In this document: positions 46,455-57,981 of the stretch, in pieces | Layout of the letters: every line of letters starts with the position of its first letter | How positions within the stretch are numbered: position 1 is the first letter of the stretch | From: an uncultured Gammaproteobacteria bacterium | Lineage (GTDB): Bacteria; Patescibacteriota; Patescibacteriia; Magasanikbacterales; UBA922 | Length of the DNA: 64,000 nt | Assembly (NCBI GenBank): GCA_964447765.1 | Contig: CAYUTO010000002.1 | Span: 148,316 to 212,315, forward strand | Direction of reading: 5' to 3' | Program-made: the position numbers and the translations under genes | Notes under the pieces: model-generated | Seen by the model: the letters and a program-made list of their open reading frames with translations, nothing else | Told to the model about the DNA's origin: nothing | Databases searched by the model: none

Positions 46455-47271
46455 TTTTAAAATTTCCGCCTGCCTCGTTGTGTACCATGAAGAAGAGGTT
46501 ATCGAGCGTTGTCTGCAAAGTATCACTGGTCTGGTTGACGAAATTGTTGTAGTACACGATGGTCCATGCAATGACAGAACACTTGAAATTGCAGAGCGTT
46601 ATACTGATAAAATTTTTATACAAAATCATGTGGGTATCGCTGAGCCACATCGTGTATTTGCTTTATCAAAAACTTCTGGAACATGGATTTTGCAGATGGA
46701 CGCTGATGAATTTCTCGATATGGGTGATCATGAAAAAATACGATCGTTTATTAGGTCAGCGCCTTCATCAGTGGACGCTTTTATTTTTAAATGGGAAATG
46801 TGGAGCGGTAAATCTGCAGTGTATTTTCCAGGATTGCAAAAAATGTGTCTTTTTAAAAAGAAAGAATTTTTCTTTTGTGGAGTACCTCAAGAAATTGGTG
46901 ATGTGCGTGGAGAGAAAAAATTATTGGACATTGTGTTACATCATAAGCCTACCTATAGTAATATTAGTTGGAAAGAGTTTATGAGAAAAAGTAAGAAGTG
47001 GACCATTGTACATGCGAGTTATTTTTTCCCTGAAGATGTTGCTATAGTGTGTTTTAATACCAGTCCAGACCAGTGGATTGCGTACACTAAAAAAGTGCGC
47101 AGTAGAATATGGTATCACCTTCTTGTGGAGCCTCTCAGAATGTCTCTAGGACAACTAAAAAACGGCCTATGGAGAAATAGGTATGGTTGGCAGGTAGTAT
47201 TGGAGCGAGCAGTCTATTATGGTATGCTGTACTGGCAAATTAAGAGGCGAATGAGTTCAAGAAAAACCTAA
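46441..47271 (+). CDS. GT2 family glycosyltransferase
   Basis: YHEEE, DGPCND, MDADE. Confidence 0.85.
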   Translation: MIRDDFKISACLVVYHEEEVIERCLQSITGLVDEIVVVHDGPCNDRTLEIAERYTDKIFIQNHVGIAEPHRVFALSKTSGTWILQMDADEFLDMGDHEKIRSFIRSAPSSVDAFIFKWEMWSGKSAVYFPGLQKMCLFKKKEFFFCGVPQEIGDVRGEKKLLDIVLHHKPTYSNISWKEFMRKSKKWTIVHASYFFPEDVAIVCFNTSPDQWIAYTKKVRSRIWYHLLVEPLRMSLGQLKNGLWRNRYGWQVVLERAVYYGMLYWQIKRRMSSRKT

Positions 47272-47274
47272 TAT

Positions 47275-48441
47275 ATGGATAAAAATAACACTAGAATAGC
47301 CCTTATTAGGGGAAATGGCATGAATTCGTGGGAAGGAAGAATGTGGAATGATTTTGATGAAAAATTTAGAATTATAGGTTTTTGTGCGCAAAAAAATTTA
47401 TTTCCGATTAATGATCTTAAATTTCCTGTAACACATCTAAGAACTACTTCAGATTTTCGTCTATACAATAGAATGTCAATTCTTCTTTCGGGTGTTTTTC
47501 AAAAGATGTATGGACTTGAAAAAGAATTAAAAGATTTTTCAATTGCACACACAGTTGAGCTGTACAATCACTATACCTATCAGGCCGTTCAGGCGAAAAA
47601 GATGTATGTAAACCTCAAAGTTGTAACCACTGTATGGGATAATAGTTTTGGGCGTTTTGAGTATGAGTATGCTCGATCTGTGCATCCGCCAAAATTTTGG
47701 AGAGAAAAGATTAAGAAGATTATTAATACAAATGTCAAAAATGTTGATAGATTTATTGCAGTTAGTGAATATAGTAGACAATTACTCGAAGATTACGGCG
47801 TACCTGAAGAAAAAATAAGAGTAGTAATTCCTGGCCTCGTAGATGTGTCTGTGCAAAAAAAATTGTTAATCGAAAAATACGATTTGATCAATTCATCATT
47901 TTTTCTCATGGTGAATAGACTAAAAAAAGAAAAAGGTGTGTATGATGTGCTCTACGCATGGAAAATGTATGTGAAGAAAACGAGTCAAGAAAATCCACTT
48001 CTCGTAATAGTTGGTGATGGTCCCGAGCGAGAAAATATGCTCCGACTAATAAAAGAGTGGGGAATCGAGAAAACCATACTCTGTATTAGGCAATTACCGA
48101 ATCAAGAAATTCGAAGTCTTTATTATGATGCGCGTGCATTGATTTTAGCAAGTATTCCGACCCCATTGTGGCAGGAGCAGTTTGGGTATGTACTCGCTGA
48201 AGCATTGACTTGCGGTTGTCCTGTAATATCTACTATGTCTGGCTCAATTCCTGAAGTGGTGGGTGATGCAGGAATTTTGTGTCCTCCCGGTAGTCCAGGA
48301 GCTTTGGTAGAGGCAATGAAAAAATTTGATAATGCTTCTGTTTTGGATCACTACCGACGTAAGGCCATTGAATCGAAGGAGCGATTCTCACAAAGTCGTT
48401 TTCAAAAAGAAATGAGTGAAATTTATTCTGAATTACTATGA
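47275..48441 (+). CDS. GT4 family glycosyltransferase
   Basis: [17 protein letters not shown]. Confidence 0.88.
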   Translation: MDKNNTRIALIRGNGMNSWEGRMWNDFDEKFRIIGFCAQKNLFPINDLKFPVTHLRTTSDFRLYNRMSILLSGVFQKMYGLEKELKDFSIAHTVELYNHYTYQAVQAKKMYVNLKVVTTVWDNSFGRFEYEYARSVHPPKFWREKIKKIINTNVKNVDRFIAVSEYSRQLLEDYGVPEEKIRVVIPGLVDVSVQKKLLIEKYDLINSSFFLMVNRLKKEKGVYDVLYAWKMYVKKTSQENPLLVIVGDGPERENMLRLIKEWGIEKTILCIRQLPNQEIRSLYYDARALILASIPTPLWQEQFGYVLAEALTCGCPVISTMSGSIPEVVGDAGILCPPGSPGALVEAMKKFDNASVLDHYRRKAIESKERFSQSRFQKEMSEIYSELL

Positions 48442-49130
48442 AAGTTTCGATTGTAATCCCTGTATATAACGAAAAAAAAACGATTGAGGAACTTTTGAGA
48501 AAAGTGTCGACTGTTGTGGTACCTGGGTGGGAAAAGGAAATAATTGTAGTAGAAGATTGTTCGCTCGACGGTACTGATGAGATTTTGAAAAAAATGGACA
48601 GTCAGTATCGAATTATTTTCCACACAGAAAATCAAGGTAAAGGAGGTGCATTACACACAGGGTTTGCTGCGGCTACTGGAGATTACATTTTGGTGCAAGA
48701 TGCAGACCTCGAATATGACCCAGAAGAATATCAAAAATTATTGGAGCCAGTTACAAAGTACGATGCTGATGTGGTATATGGATCACGATTTATGGGGGGA
48801 GGAGCACATCGTGTAGTTTATTTTTGGCATTATGTAGGTAATAGATTTTTGACGTTGTTGTCGAATATGTTTACGAATTTGAATCTGACAGACATGGAAA
48901 CATGTTATAAGTTGTTCAGGAGAGAGATTCTGCAAAAAACAAAGCTTGAGCAAAAACGTTTCGGGTTTGACCCTGAAGTAACTGCAAAAGTAGCTCGAAT
49001 GAAGCCGATTAAAATATTTGAAGTAGGGATATCTTATAATGGTAGAACCTATGCTGAAGGAAAAAAAATTACCTGGAAAGACGGTTTTAGAGTGATTTAT
49101 TGCATAATCAAATATGGGTTATTTAAGTAA
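48438..49130 (+). CDS. GT2 DPM1-like glycosyltransferase
   Basis: [27 protein letters not shown]. Confidence 0.9.
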   Translation: MKVSIVIPVYNEKKTIEELLRKVSTVVVPGWEKEIIVVEDCSLDGTDEILKKMDSQYRIIFHTENQGKGGALHTGFAAATGDYILVQDADLEYDPEEYQKLLEPVTKYDADVVYGSRFMGGGAHRVVYFWHYVGNRFLTLLSNMFTNLNLTDMETCYKLFRREILQKTKLEQKRFGFDPEVTAKVARMKPIKIFEVGISYNGRTYAEGKKITWKDGFRVIYCIIKYGLFK

Positions 49131-50313
49131 TTTTTTTAAAAATTCCAATAAAGTAGTAATAGCCTTGTTTTTTTTGGGAGTTTTAAATTTGGTTGTATTT
49201 AGTTTTATATTTGGTTTTCATGCAACGAGTGACACTGATAGCTTTGTCCTTGCCATTGATTTTTTCAAGGGAAACAGTGACATTATTTACCCAAATCGGT
49301 ATCTCAATCCTCTGTACCCTGTGGTGGCCTCCACATTGCTGCCTTTTTTGTCTGCAGCTCAGAGTATTGTGGTCATAAACATAGTTTTTTATGTGGGAAT
49401 TATATTTCTGACGTACGGACTAGTGCGCAGGATTTTCAAAAATAATATGACGGGGTTTATTGCAGCTCTGTTAATTATGACTGCGTATCCGATACTACGA
49501 TATGGGTTACTGCAGGTACAGGACGTGGGTGGTTATTTCTGGTTTCTCGCAACTATCTATACCTCGTGGAGGTGGTATGAAAACAAAGATTGGAGATGGC
49601 TTGCTCTCGGCAGTGTTTCTGTTGCATTTGGGGTTTTAACCAAGGAAAGTGGATGCATGGGGGCGCTATTTACAGGTCTTTTGATTTTGAGTATTCGGAG
49701 CCTTTCATGGAAAAAGAAGATAATGCTCATCTTAGGTTTTGCCTTACTTCCTCTTATTACTATTATAATTAATGCGGTGAGAGGGGCTGAAGTTGGGTAT
49801 AGTTCAGCACAGTGGTTTATCGATAATTGGTATGTATATGCTCCGGGTAACTATACGATTGTAAAATGGCTAGGAGTTAACCTTACTACGTATAATGTAC
49901 TATGGATCTTTATTGTGTGGGGTTTGTATTTGTTAATAAAGAATCGAAAAATACTTGATCCATGTATTGTTACATACTTTTTATTAGTGATTCCCTCGAG
50001 TGCATCATACTTTGCATGGCCCATGTTTATTGGAAGAACAGTCCTTATCTCAGCATGGTTTTTTGTTCCTATTGCAGCTTTTGCACTGTCCCACCTCATA
50101 AGCCGTGGAGGGAAGTACCAATGGGTGGGTATTGTATCTGTAATGATATGTGTCCTTACGCCGTATATTTTACAGTATATAATAGCCTACGCACCGTTAT
50201 TTTCTATTTTAGAAATTTGTCACTACAATCCAGTTTGCAGTATTCAGTATTTTGTGGAACATTGGCATGAATTTAGTCGGACGGGTGTTTATTCAGCTCC
50301 TTTGGTGAATTAA
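49114..50313 (+). CDS. GT-C (PMT/ArnT-like) membrane glycosyltransferase
   Basis: polytopic; SDTDSF, PLYP, GVLTKES. Confidence 0.65.
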   Translation: MGYLSNFFKNSNKVVIALFFLGVLNLVVFSFIFGFHATSDTDSFVLAIDFFKGNSDIIYPNRYLNPLYPVVASTLLPFLSAAQSIVVINIVFYVGIIFLTYGLVRRIFKNNMTGFIAALLIMTAYPILRYGLLQVQDVGGYFWFLATIYTSWRWYENKDWRWLALGSVSVAFGVLTKESGCMGALFTGLLILSIRSLSWKKKIMLILGFALLPLITIIINAVRGAEVGYSSAQWFIDNWYVYAPGNYTIVKWLGVNLTTYNVLWIFIVWGLYLLIKNRKILDPCIVTYFLLVIPSSASYFAWPMFIGRTVLISAWFFVPIAAFALSHLISRGGKYQWVGIVSVMICVLTPYILQYIIAYAPLFSILEICHYNPVCSIQYFVEHWHEFSRTGVYSAPLVN

Positions 50314-51011
50314 TGTATATGCTACACGTATCACTTATCATTCCTACATACAATGAAGTAAAAAATGTACCATTATTGGTAAAAGAAATTTTTGATGTTG
50401 TAGATCATACACAGGTTGATTTAGAGCTTATTATTGTTGATGATAATTCTCCTGATGGTACCGGAGCTGTTGCTGAAGAGTTGGGTAAGACTTATCCTGT
50501 AAAGACGGTGCACCGGTCAGGAAAATTAGGTCTCGGTAGCGCTGTTCGGGCTGGATTTGATGAGTCGAAGCGTGACTATTTGGGAGTTATGGATGCGGAT
50601 TTGAGTCATGATCCAAGTGTGCTCAATTCTATGATAATGTCTTTAGTTGAGTATGATATTGTGCTCGGAAGCAGGTTTGAAAAGGGAAGTATTGTTGAAA
50701 AATGGAAGTGGTGGCGAGCATTAATTTCAAAAGTGGGTGTTGCTATCACCTATGTGCTAACAGGAGTTCGGGATCCTCTGAGTGGCTATTTCTTTTTACG
50801 TCGAGACGTAATTAAGGATGTTTCGCTTGATACTACGGGGTACAAGATATTGCTTGAAATTCTTATCAAGGGATCGTATAAGAAGGTTAATGAAATTCCC
50901 TTTAGATTTCGAATCAGAAAGTTTAGTACGTCAAAGCTTGATGGTAAAGAACATATCCTATTTTTAAAACAAGTTATCACGTATACTTGGTATAAGTTAT
51001 TTAAGAAATAA
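50313..51011 (+). CDS. polyprenol monophosphomannose synthase-like GT2
   Basis: PTYNE, DDNSPDGTG, KLGLG, MDADLSH. Confidence 0.88.
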   Translation: MYMLHVSLIIPTYNEVKNVPLLVKEIFDVVDHTQVDLELIIVDDNSPDGTGAVAEELGKTYPVKTVHRSGKLGLGSAVRAGFDESKRDYLGVMDADLSHDPSVLNSMIMSLVEYDIVLGSRFEKGSIVEKWKWWRALISKVGVAITYVLTGVRDPLSGYFFLRRDVIKDVSLDTTGYKILLEILIKGSYKKVNEIPFRFRIRKFSTSKLDGKEHILFLKQVITYTWYKLFKK

Positions 51012-51012
51012 C

Positions 51013-52566
51013 ATGTTTGTACGCATTAAAAATTGGATTAGCACTAATGTACCACTAGTTCTCATACTGAGTGTGTCTGTCTTTTTATTAGTATTTAGGA
51101 TAAATTATCGAACGTTCTGGATGGATGAGACGATGATCTTAAATTATTTTCATCACGGAATTTTCGATTTTATCCTGGACTATGTAAAATTTCCAGACAA
51201 TCACCCTCCTTTGTACTATTTTTTTGCATTACTCGTGAGTAAGTTATTGCCCGGGTCAGAATTGACCGTTAGGCTTATTTCAATTCTGTCTGGTCTAGGA
51301 ATTGTTCTACTTGTATATCGGTTTACGTACCGTGTTACGAATACCAAAAAGATAGCATTGCTCACTGCTTTTTTTACTGCGTTCTCGTCATATTTTATTT
51401 TGATTTCACAAATGGCCCGGTATCATAGTTTTGCTGGATTGAGCGCTCTATTGGTAATGTATTATTTTTATCGTCTGTATACCGAGGGATTTGAAAAAAG
51501 ACTGTGGTTATATTATTTGGGGTCTCTTGTATTGACTGGGTATGTCGATTATCCACATTTTATTTATGCTGTCGTGATTACTAATATCTTTTTGCTGTAT
51601 CGTGTGATCCATAAACAGCCGATGGTTACATTTAAAAATTGGTTTGTAGGGAATCTGCTTGTTGCGTTAGTATGTCTTCCTCTCGCATGGATGCTATATC
51701 ATCGGATTTTTATTCAAGGAGATGGTGGGTGGGAGAATGTAAATTTATTGGGAAATTCAATAGTAAATATTTTTGCCGGTATCTTGTTCCATGTGTATGT
51801 ATTTTTATTTGGAGAAAATCTTTTTCCATGGAATTATGTTATTTTTATTATGGGTTGTGTGGTGCTTGGTGGAATTCTGGTTGGGTTAGTTAAATTAATT
51901 CAACAAAGAAGAAATAGTAGTGCACAGATTTTGGTCGTACTAATGTTTACTCTGGCTATTATAGTAAACACACTATTTATAAACGTTGCTAATCCAAGGT
52001 ACAATTTTACCGTATATCCAAAATTTGGTTTTGTGGCTTATGCCCTAGGTATCATGGCTTTTGTGTTTTGTATCACAATTTTTAAATCGCAAAAAATACA
52101 AAACAGTCTCCTTATATTGTGGTTTTTAGTTGCTTCTGTTGGTCTGTATCATTTTTATACAGCAAGTAATTACCTCAATCCAAGTTATTTTCGTACGTTC
52201 GAGTCATTTGAATATGTACGTGGCCATTCGGATCAGGGAGATTACCTTGCGATTACACCTGATGCGAGCGAAGGGTTTTACTATTTTTATGAGGATACAT
52301 ATTTTAAAAATCTTAAGCCTTTAAGTATCGATGATTTTAAATTAGGAAATATTCAGGTGTCAGAAAGAGTCTGGTTTTTTTCAACTGGAGAAGATGGCCC
52401 TGAAGAGAGCGTAACTACAGAAAAAAAGATTCCCGAGGGGTTTAGAATTATAAGTAGATTTGATAGTGTGCCACTTGATCCAAGATTTAAGACATACAAG
52501 GAAAAATTTCTTAATAGACCGAGTTATACATATAAATATACGGTATTTTTACTTGAAAAAATATGA
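51013..52566 (+). CDS. GT39/PMT_2-like membrane glycosyltransferase
   Basis: FWMDE, DNHPPLYY, RLIS, SQMARY. Confidence 0.85.
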   Translation: MFVRIKNWISTNVPLVLILSVSVFLLVFRINYRTFWMDETMILNYFHHGIFDFILDYVKFPDNHPPLYYFFALLVSKLLPGSELTVRLISILSGLGIVLLVYRFTYRVTNTKKIALLTAFFTAFSSYFILISQMARYHSFAGLSALLVMYYFYRLYTEGFEKRLWLYYLGSLVLTGYVDYPHFIYAVVITNIFLLYRVIHKQPMVTFKNWFVGNLLVALVCLPLAWMLYHRIFIQGDGGWENVNLLGNSIVNIFAGILFHVYVFLFGENLFPWNYVIFIMGCVVLGGILVGLVKLIQQRRNSSAQILVVLMFTLAIIVNTLFINVANPRYNFTVYPKFGFVAYALGIMAFVFCITIFKSQKIQNSLLILWFLVASVGLYHFYTASNYLNPSYFRTFESFEYVRGHSDQGDYLAITPDASEGFYYFYEDTYFKNLKPLSIDDFKLGNIQVSERVWFFSTGEDGPEESVTTEKKIPEGFRIISRFDSVPLDPRFKTYKEKFLNRPSYTYKYTVFLLEKI

Positions 52567-53420
52567 ACTGCATCAATTGTAAAAAACAGATGACATATTA
52601 CTTTACCAAAAAAGATTTTAAAATTTTGAAGTGCACTCACTGTAAATTACTTGCCGTTGAAAATGTGCCTGAGGATTTAGCTCCTTTTTATTCGGAAGGG
52701 TATTTTACTGGAGATGTGACGCTTGATGGATACATGGACTATGAACTGGATAAAGAGGTTACGAAAAGCACATACGTATACTATCTAGATAAAATTCAGG
52801 AGCAATTACGAGGCAAAGTGAATCCAAAGCTTTTTGAAGTGGGGTGCGCAACGGGATTTTTTTTACAACTTGCAAAAGATCGGGGATGGGAAGTGAGCGG
52901 GATAGATGTGTCAGAGTACGCAATCAAAAAAGGTCGAGAAAAAGGACTTGAGGTGTCTGTTGCAGCTATTGAAGATATTGCGAGCGACGTAAAAAGTGAT
53001 GTAGTTGCAATGTATGATCTAATTGAGCACGTTAAAGATCCGCTGGATGTATTACAAAGAACAAGAGAAATGCTGGTGCCTGGTGGATTGATCGTGTTGA
53101 CTACGCCTGATGCGGGTAGTCTGTGGGCACGTGTGTGGGGTAGTAAATGGCATGCATTTGTTCCACCACAGCATTTATTTTATTTTTCAGACAAAAATTT
53201 GTGCCAGATCTTGGTCTCAAATGGGTTTGAAATAGTAGTGGTTGCACATCACGGAAAGCGCTTCGCAGTCCCGTACATTATCCGGTTATTGTATAGTTGG
53301 ACTGGATTAAGATTATTTTCAAAACTTGCAGAATGGTCCTCTCATTCATTTTTGAAAAATGTCGCTATTCCGATTAATCTAAGGGATACGGTATTTATTA
53401 TTGCCCGAAAGAAAAGCTAG
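52563..53420 (+). CDS. class I SAM-dependent methyltransferase with N-terminal CxxC...CxxC
   Basis: EVGCATG, DLIEH, PPQHL. Confidence 0.88.
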   Translation: MNCINCKKQMTYYFTKKDFKILKCTHCKLLAVENVPEDLAPFYSEGYFTGDVTLDGYMDYELDKEVTKSTYVYYLDKIQEQLRGKVNPKLFEVGCATGFFLQLAKDRGWEVSGIDVSEYAIKKGREKGLEVSVAAIEDIASDVKSDVVAMYDLIEHVKDPLDVLQRTREMLVPGGLIVLTTPDAGSLWARVWGSKWHAFVPPQHLFYFSDKNLCQILVSNGFEIVVVAHHGKRFAVPYIIRLLYSWTGLRLFSKLAEWSSHSFLKNVAIPINLRDTVFIIARKKS

Positions 53421-53421
53421 T

Positions 53422-54384
53422 ATGGTTTCAGTGATTATTACGGTAAAAAATGAAAGTACAAATATTAGAGACTGGTTTCAGAGTCTCAAACTTCAGACGA
53501 GGTTTCCTGATGAAATTGTGATTGTTGATGGCGGGTCAACTGACGGAACCTGGGAATATCTTCAAAGTATTACTTCTAATACTGTTCGTGTATTTCAAGA
53601 AAAAGGCAATATTGCTCATGGGCGAAATTATGCGATTAGTCGTGCCACGGGAGATATAATTGTCGCGACTGACGCAGGGTGTGTATACGCTCCTCATTGG
53701 CTCGAAGGTATTCTTGCGCCATTGGAAGCGGGGGAAGCACAAGGTGCTGCGACAGCCTTTAAACCATGGTTAAAAACTGATGATAGTCTGACAGTGGTAA
53801 TGATTGCTTCAGCAACAACTCCAATACAAAGAGAATTTACTAAGAAATGGTTTCCTTCAAGTAGATCGTGTGCATTTTTGAAAAGTGTATGGAGTGACGT
53901 AGATGGATATCCTGAGTGGATCCCTTATTGTGAGGATATAATTTTCGATATACAAATAGAAAAGACGGGGAATACGATCAAATTAATCAATGATCCGTTA
54001 GTAGCATGGAGACCTCGATTGACGGTGAGTGAGTATTGTCGACAATTATATAATTACACGCGAAGTGACGCTCATGGGAAATTATTTTATGGAAGACAAT
54101 TTGTACGGTTTGTGGTATATGCTGGTTTAATTGTTTTGATAGGTTTCACCATTATGTATTCGCTGTGGTTCGCTTTGGTAATTATGTTGTGCGGGTCAAT
54201 GTACATGAAAAAGTTTTGGAATCGTTTTGTTGAGTTTTCAAAAACAAAAAAAATACCTAGTCGGATACTAGGATTTTTGTTATTACCTTTTATTATTTTG
54301 ATTGGAGATGGTGCAAAGATGTACGGCTGGATGGTAGGATTGATCGAGCGATGGAGTGGGAGAATAAGATACAGGCCTTATTGA
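53422..54384 (+). CDS. GT2 family glycosyltransferase
   Basis: VKNE, DGGSTDGT, TDAG, CED. Confidence 0.88.
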   Translation: MVSVIITVKNESTNIRDWFQSLKLQTRFPDEIVIVDGGSTDGTWEYLQSITSNTVRVFQEKGNIAHGRNYAISRATGDIIVATDAGCVYAPHWLEGILAPLEAGEAQGAATAFKPWLKTDDSLTVVMIASATTPIQREFTKKWFPSSRSCAFLKSVWSDVDGYPEWIPYCEDIIFDIQIEKTGNTIKLINDPLVAWRPRLTVSEYCRQLYNYTRSDAHGKLFYGRQFVRFVVYAGLIVLIGFTIMYSLWFALVIMLCGSMYMKKFWNRFVEFSKTKKIPSRILGFLLLPFIILIGDGAKMYGWMVGLIERWSGRIRYRPY

Positions 54385-55514
54385 GCTAAAGTTTTCTCAA
54401 TAGATTCCCATAGTTTTTTTGCAGTACTTTCCCACGAAAAGTGCAGTCGTTGTTTCTTACCATTCTCAATTAGTTGTTTTCTAAGTTTAGTGTCAGAATA
54501 AATAGTCTGCATAGCATTTTTTATTTCTTCTACACTAAATGGATCAAAATAAAGTGCGGCATTTCCTGCAATTTCTGGCAATGAAGTGACGTGTGAAGAG
54601 ATGATAGGAACCTCTGAATTCATCGCTTCAATCAAGGGGACACCAAATCCTTCGAAGTAAGGTGGGTATGTAAGACAAAAAGCAGATCCGAGCAAGACAT
54701 GTAGTTCATGATCGTCTACGCGACCGGTAAAAATAACGTCGTTCTTATGAGTAAGTGATTGCAAGATTTTTTGAATTTTTGATTTACCCCAAAACATTCG
54801 TCCAGAAATAACTAACTTCATATCACTACCGCTCTCTTTTTTAAACAAATCAAAGGCTTGAAGTAGTCTGCTAATATTTTTTCTTGGATGCACAGATCCG
54901 ATAAATATAAAATACTCTTTTTCGTTAGTGTATTTTTTGCGTGTTGCTATCTTTGACTCTTCAACAAGTGTTTTGAAGTTTAGATCAGCGCCGTTGTATA
55001 CGACATCGATCTTAGAGGGGTTTAGATCATACTGTTTTACCAAATCAGCTTTGCTGTAATCGGAAACGGTAGCAATTCTCGTAGCTTCACGAGCATATCG
55101 TGGAAAAAAGAGGTTATAGAATGTTGATGTTAAAAATTTTAGGTCTTTTGGGTAATGTACAAAGTTGATATCATGGATGACTGATAATATTTTTGTATTG
55201 CAGCCAAGAGGTATAATTCCATCAGGGGAGATAAATAAGTCAGGGCTGATTTTTTTGATGGTAGATTTGAGTCGTACGTGATACCAGAGATAGGTGAATA
55301 GGGGGTTTTTGGTAGCAGGGGACAAAACAATTGGAGTAATGTTTGTCGAAAAAATAAAAGATGGATCGTATGGGCGATCGAATATAAAAAAGAATTGCAC
55401 TTCAGGGTGTGTGGTAGTGATTTTTTGAAGAGTATGGTACGCAAAATAACCGATACCATCAAGATGATTCTTCTGGAGCATTCGCGTATGTATGGCGATG
55501 GTAATCTGCTTCAT
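54378..55514 (-). CDS. GT4 family glycosyltransferase (mannosyltransferase-like)
   Basis: DGIG, PRKN, EGFGVPLIEA, FSW; likely start 55514. Confidence 0.9.
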   Translation of the reverse strand: MKQITIAIHTRMLQKNHLDGIGYFAYHTLQKITTTHPEVQFFFIFDRPYDPSFIFSTNITPIVLSPATKNPLFTYLWYHVRLKSTIKKISPDLFISPDGIIPLGCNTKILSVIHDINFVHYPKDLKFLTSTFYNLFFPRYAREATRIATVSDYSKADLVKQYDLNPSKIDVVYNGADLNFKTLVEESKIATRKKYTNEKEYFIFIGSVHPRKNISRLLQAFDLFKKESGSDMKLVISGRMFWGKSKIQKILQSLTHKNDVIFTGRVDDHELHVLLGSAFCLTYPPYFEGFGVPLIEAMNSEVPIISSHVTSLPEIAGNAALYFDPFSVEEIKNAMQTIYSDTKLRKQLIENGKKQRLHFSWESTAKKLWESIEKTLAQ

Positions 55515-55614
55515 AGAGTGGTAGTGCTTAGGATACATGACTATAGTATCGTATATGGCGTATTTCTTCCAGTAGCTTGCAAATTGGTGTATTTTACGAT
55601 ATTATCTAGCAAGT

Positions 55615-56166
55615 ATGGAAACAAAAAAATTGAATCTAGGGTGTGGAACTACGATACAAAAAGGTTGGGTAAATCTTGATATTTCACCGTTGCCAGGAGT
55701 GGATGTGGTTCATGATATTGAGAAGCTTCCGCTTCCGTTTAATGAAAATGAGTTTAATGAAATTCTCTGCCAGGATATTCTTGAGCATGTTGAGTATATC
55801 CCCATTTTAAAAGAACTTCATCGAATACTGGTGTCTGGTGGTGTAGTTTCAATACGAGTACCTCATTTTAGTTCCAAACATAATTTTATTGATCCGACAC
55901 ATAAAAAAATGTTTTCAATCAACACGTTTGATTTTTTTGTAAAAAACTCTTTTCAGCAGCACGGACGAGGATACTATTTTGATTTCGCTTTTAGTTCATG
56001 TTCAAGTGCAAAAATAACGTTTGAACGAGGCTCAGTACTCTTCTTCTTACATCCGCTTATCGAGCGATGGATTAATATGAGTCCTCGTATGCAGAAAATT
56101 TATGAGTCTACATTTCTCTCTCGCTTATTTCCAGCAGCTAATATCCTCGTTTCGCTTGTGAAGTAA
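55615..56166 (+). CDS. SAM-dependent methyltransferase (type 11-like)
   Basis: LNLGCG, DILEH, DPTH. Confidence 0.85.
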   Translation: METKKLNLGCGTTIQKGWVNLDISPLPGVDVVHDIEKLPLPFNENEFNEILCQDILEHVEYIPILKELHRILVSGGVVSIRVPHFSSKHNFIDPTHKKMFSINTFDFFVKNSFQQHGRGYYFDFAFSSCSSAKITFERGSVLFFLHPLIERWINMSPRMQKIYESTFLSRLFPAANILVSLVK

Positions 56167-57038
56167 TGGTCTTAATTGGTGATATGAAACTTTCAATTAT
56201 TGTGGTGAACTGGAATACGTGTGACCTTACGAAACAAGCGCTCACTACTATTTTTGCTGAGACCCGTGGATTTGAATATGAAGTAATAGTAATTGATAAT
56301 AATTCATCTGATGCAAGTGTGCAAATGATTGCCGATGAATTTCCTCAAGTGGTATTAATTAAAAATACAGAAAATCTTGGTTTTGGAAAAGCAAATAATC
56401 AGGGAATGAACATTGCGCAAGGTGAATATATTTTTTTATTGAATAGCGATACAGTCGTGCTTGATCGTGCGGTTAATGTGCTCGTTGAATATTTGGAAGA
56501 ACATTCAGATGTGGGATGTGTAGGTCCTAAGCTACTTAATGGCGATATGACCTTCCAGCATGCGTGTCGGAGAAATCTTCCAAATCCAAAAAATGCTTTT
56601 TTTCATCTTTTTGGTTTCATTAAAATCTTCAAGCGTAGTTCGTCTGTTAATTCATACAAGCGACTAAACGACACTCCTGACATAACCGAAGAGGTTGAGG
56701 CAATCTCTGGTGCAGCTATGATGTTCCGACGGGTAGTGTTTGAAACAATCGGAGGATTTGATGAGAAATTCTTTTTTTATGGGGAGGATTTGGATCTCTG
56801 TAAAAGAATGCATGATAACAATTGGAAAATCATGTATGTACATAACGCCCGTATTATCCATTTTGGAGGGAGTAGTAGTAGTAAACGAAAACGAAGTGCA
56901 TTGATTAATTTTTACGACTCAATGTGGATATATTATAAGAAACATTTTACGTATAATTTTTTGTTTGATTTTGTTGTTTTTACTGGTATAAAAATTAAAA
57001 TGCTTATAGTGTTGGCTGTTAATTTTTTTAAAAAATGA
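56166..57038 (+). CDS. GT2 family glycosyltransferase (rhamnosyltransferase-like)
   Basis: NLGFGKANN, LNSD, GGFDE.FFFYGEDLD. Confidence 0.88.
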   Translation: MVLIGDMKLSIIVVNWNTCDLTKQALTTIFAETRGFEYEVIVIDNNSSDASVQMIADEFPQVVLIKNTENLGFGKANNQGMNIAQGEYIFLLNSDTVVLDRAVNVLVEYLEEHSDVGCVGPKLLNGDMTFQHACRRNLPNPKNAFFHLFGFIKIFKRSSSVNSYKRLNDTPDITEEVEAISGAAMMFRRVVFETIGGFDEKFFFYGEDLDLCKRMHDNNWKIMYVHNARIIHFGGSSSSKRKRSALINFYDSMWIYYKKHFTYNFLFDFVVFTGIKIKMLIVLAVNFFKK

Positions 57039-57042
57039 AAGT

Positions 57043-57981
57043 ATGAAAACAATATTGGTCACTGGTGCCGCAGGTTTCATCGGTTCACATTTGGTGGAGA
57101 GATTATTGAAAGAGGGAAATCGAGTAATTGGGCTCGATAATTTATTTACGGGCTCAAAGAAAAATTTAGAAAGTGCGCTCAAGCATAAGAATTTTAAATT
57201 CATCGAACATGACATTGTTGAACCATTTTTTATTAAAGGAAAAGTAGATCAGGTATATAATCTTGCATGTCCAGCCTCCCCAATTCATTATCAGTCAAAT
57301 CAGGTTCACACAACCAAGGCGTGTACTATTGGTGTTATCAATGTGCTTGGCTTTGCACGAAAACACAGAGCTCGAGTACTCCAAGCGTCAACGTCAGAAG
57401 TGTATGGAGATCCAGAGCAGCATCCGCAGTCCGAAGAATATCGAGGAAATGTAAATCCAATCGGTCCGAGATCGTGTTATGACGAGGGGAAACGAGCTGC
57501 AGAGACTCTTTTCTTTGACTATTACCGCATGCATGGGATGGAGATAAAAATTGCGAGAATTTTCAATACCTACGGCCCGCGCATGTCAAAAGAAGATGGA
57601 AGAGTAGTTTCAAATTTTATTGTTCAGGCACTCCAGAAAAAACCGATCACGTTGTATGGTAAAGGTACACAGACACGTAGCTTTTGCTATGTGAGTGATC
57701 TGGTGGATGGTCTCATAAAACTCATGAATTCAGGAAAAAAAATACAAGGACCTATTAATCTGGGTAACCCAAAAGAACAGACGGTAAAAGATTTGGCAAT
57801 CATGGTACAGGCAATGACTGATTCTAAAAGTAAGATAGCCTACAAAAAGCTTCCTATTGATGATCCGCGACGACGATGTCCGGATATTACCAAGGCACAC
57901 AAGCTCTTGCGTTGGTCGCCAAAAATTGATATAAACAAAGGATTGCAAGAAACCATTGAATATTTTAGAACAGTGCTATGA
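57043..57981 (+). CDS. UDP-glucuronate decarboxylase (UDP-xylose synthase)
   Basis: NLACPASP, STSEVYGDP, CYDEGKR, DGRVVSNF, DDP. Confidence 0.92.
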   Translation: MKTILVTGAAGFIGSHLVERLLKEGNRVIGLDNLFTGSKKNLESALKHKNFKFIEHDIVEPFFIKGKVDQVYNLACPASPIHYQSNQVHTTKACTIGVINVLGFARKHRARVLQASTSEVYGDPEQHPQSEEYRGNVNPIGPRSCYDEGKRAAETLFFDYYRMHGMEIKIARIFNTYGPRMSKEDGRVVSNFIVQALQKKPITLYGKGTQTRSFCYVSDLVDGLIKLMNSGKKIQGPINLGNPKEQTVKDLAIMVQAMTDSKSKIAYKKLPIDDPRRRCPDITKAHKLLRWSPKIDINKGLQETIEYFRTVL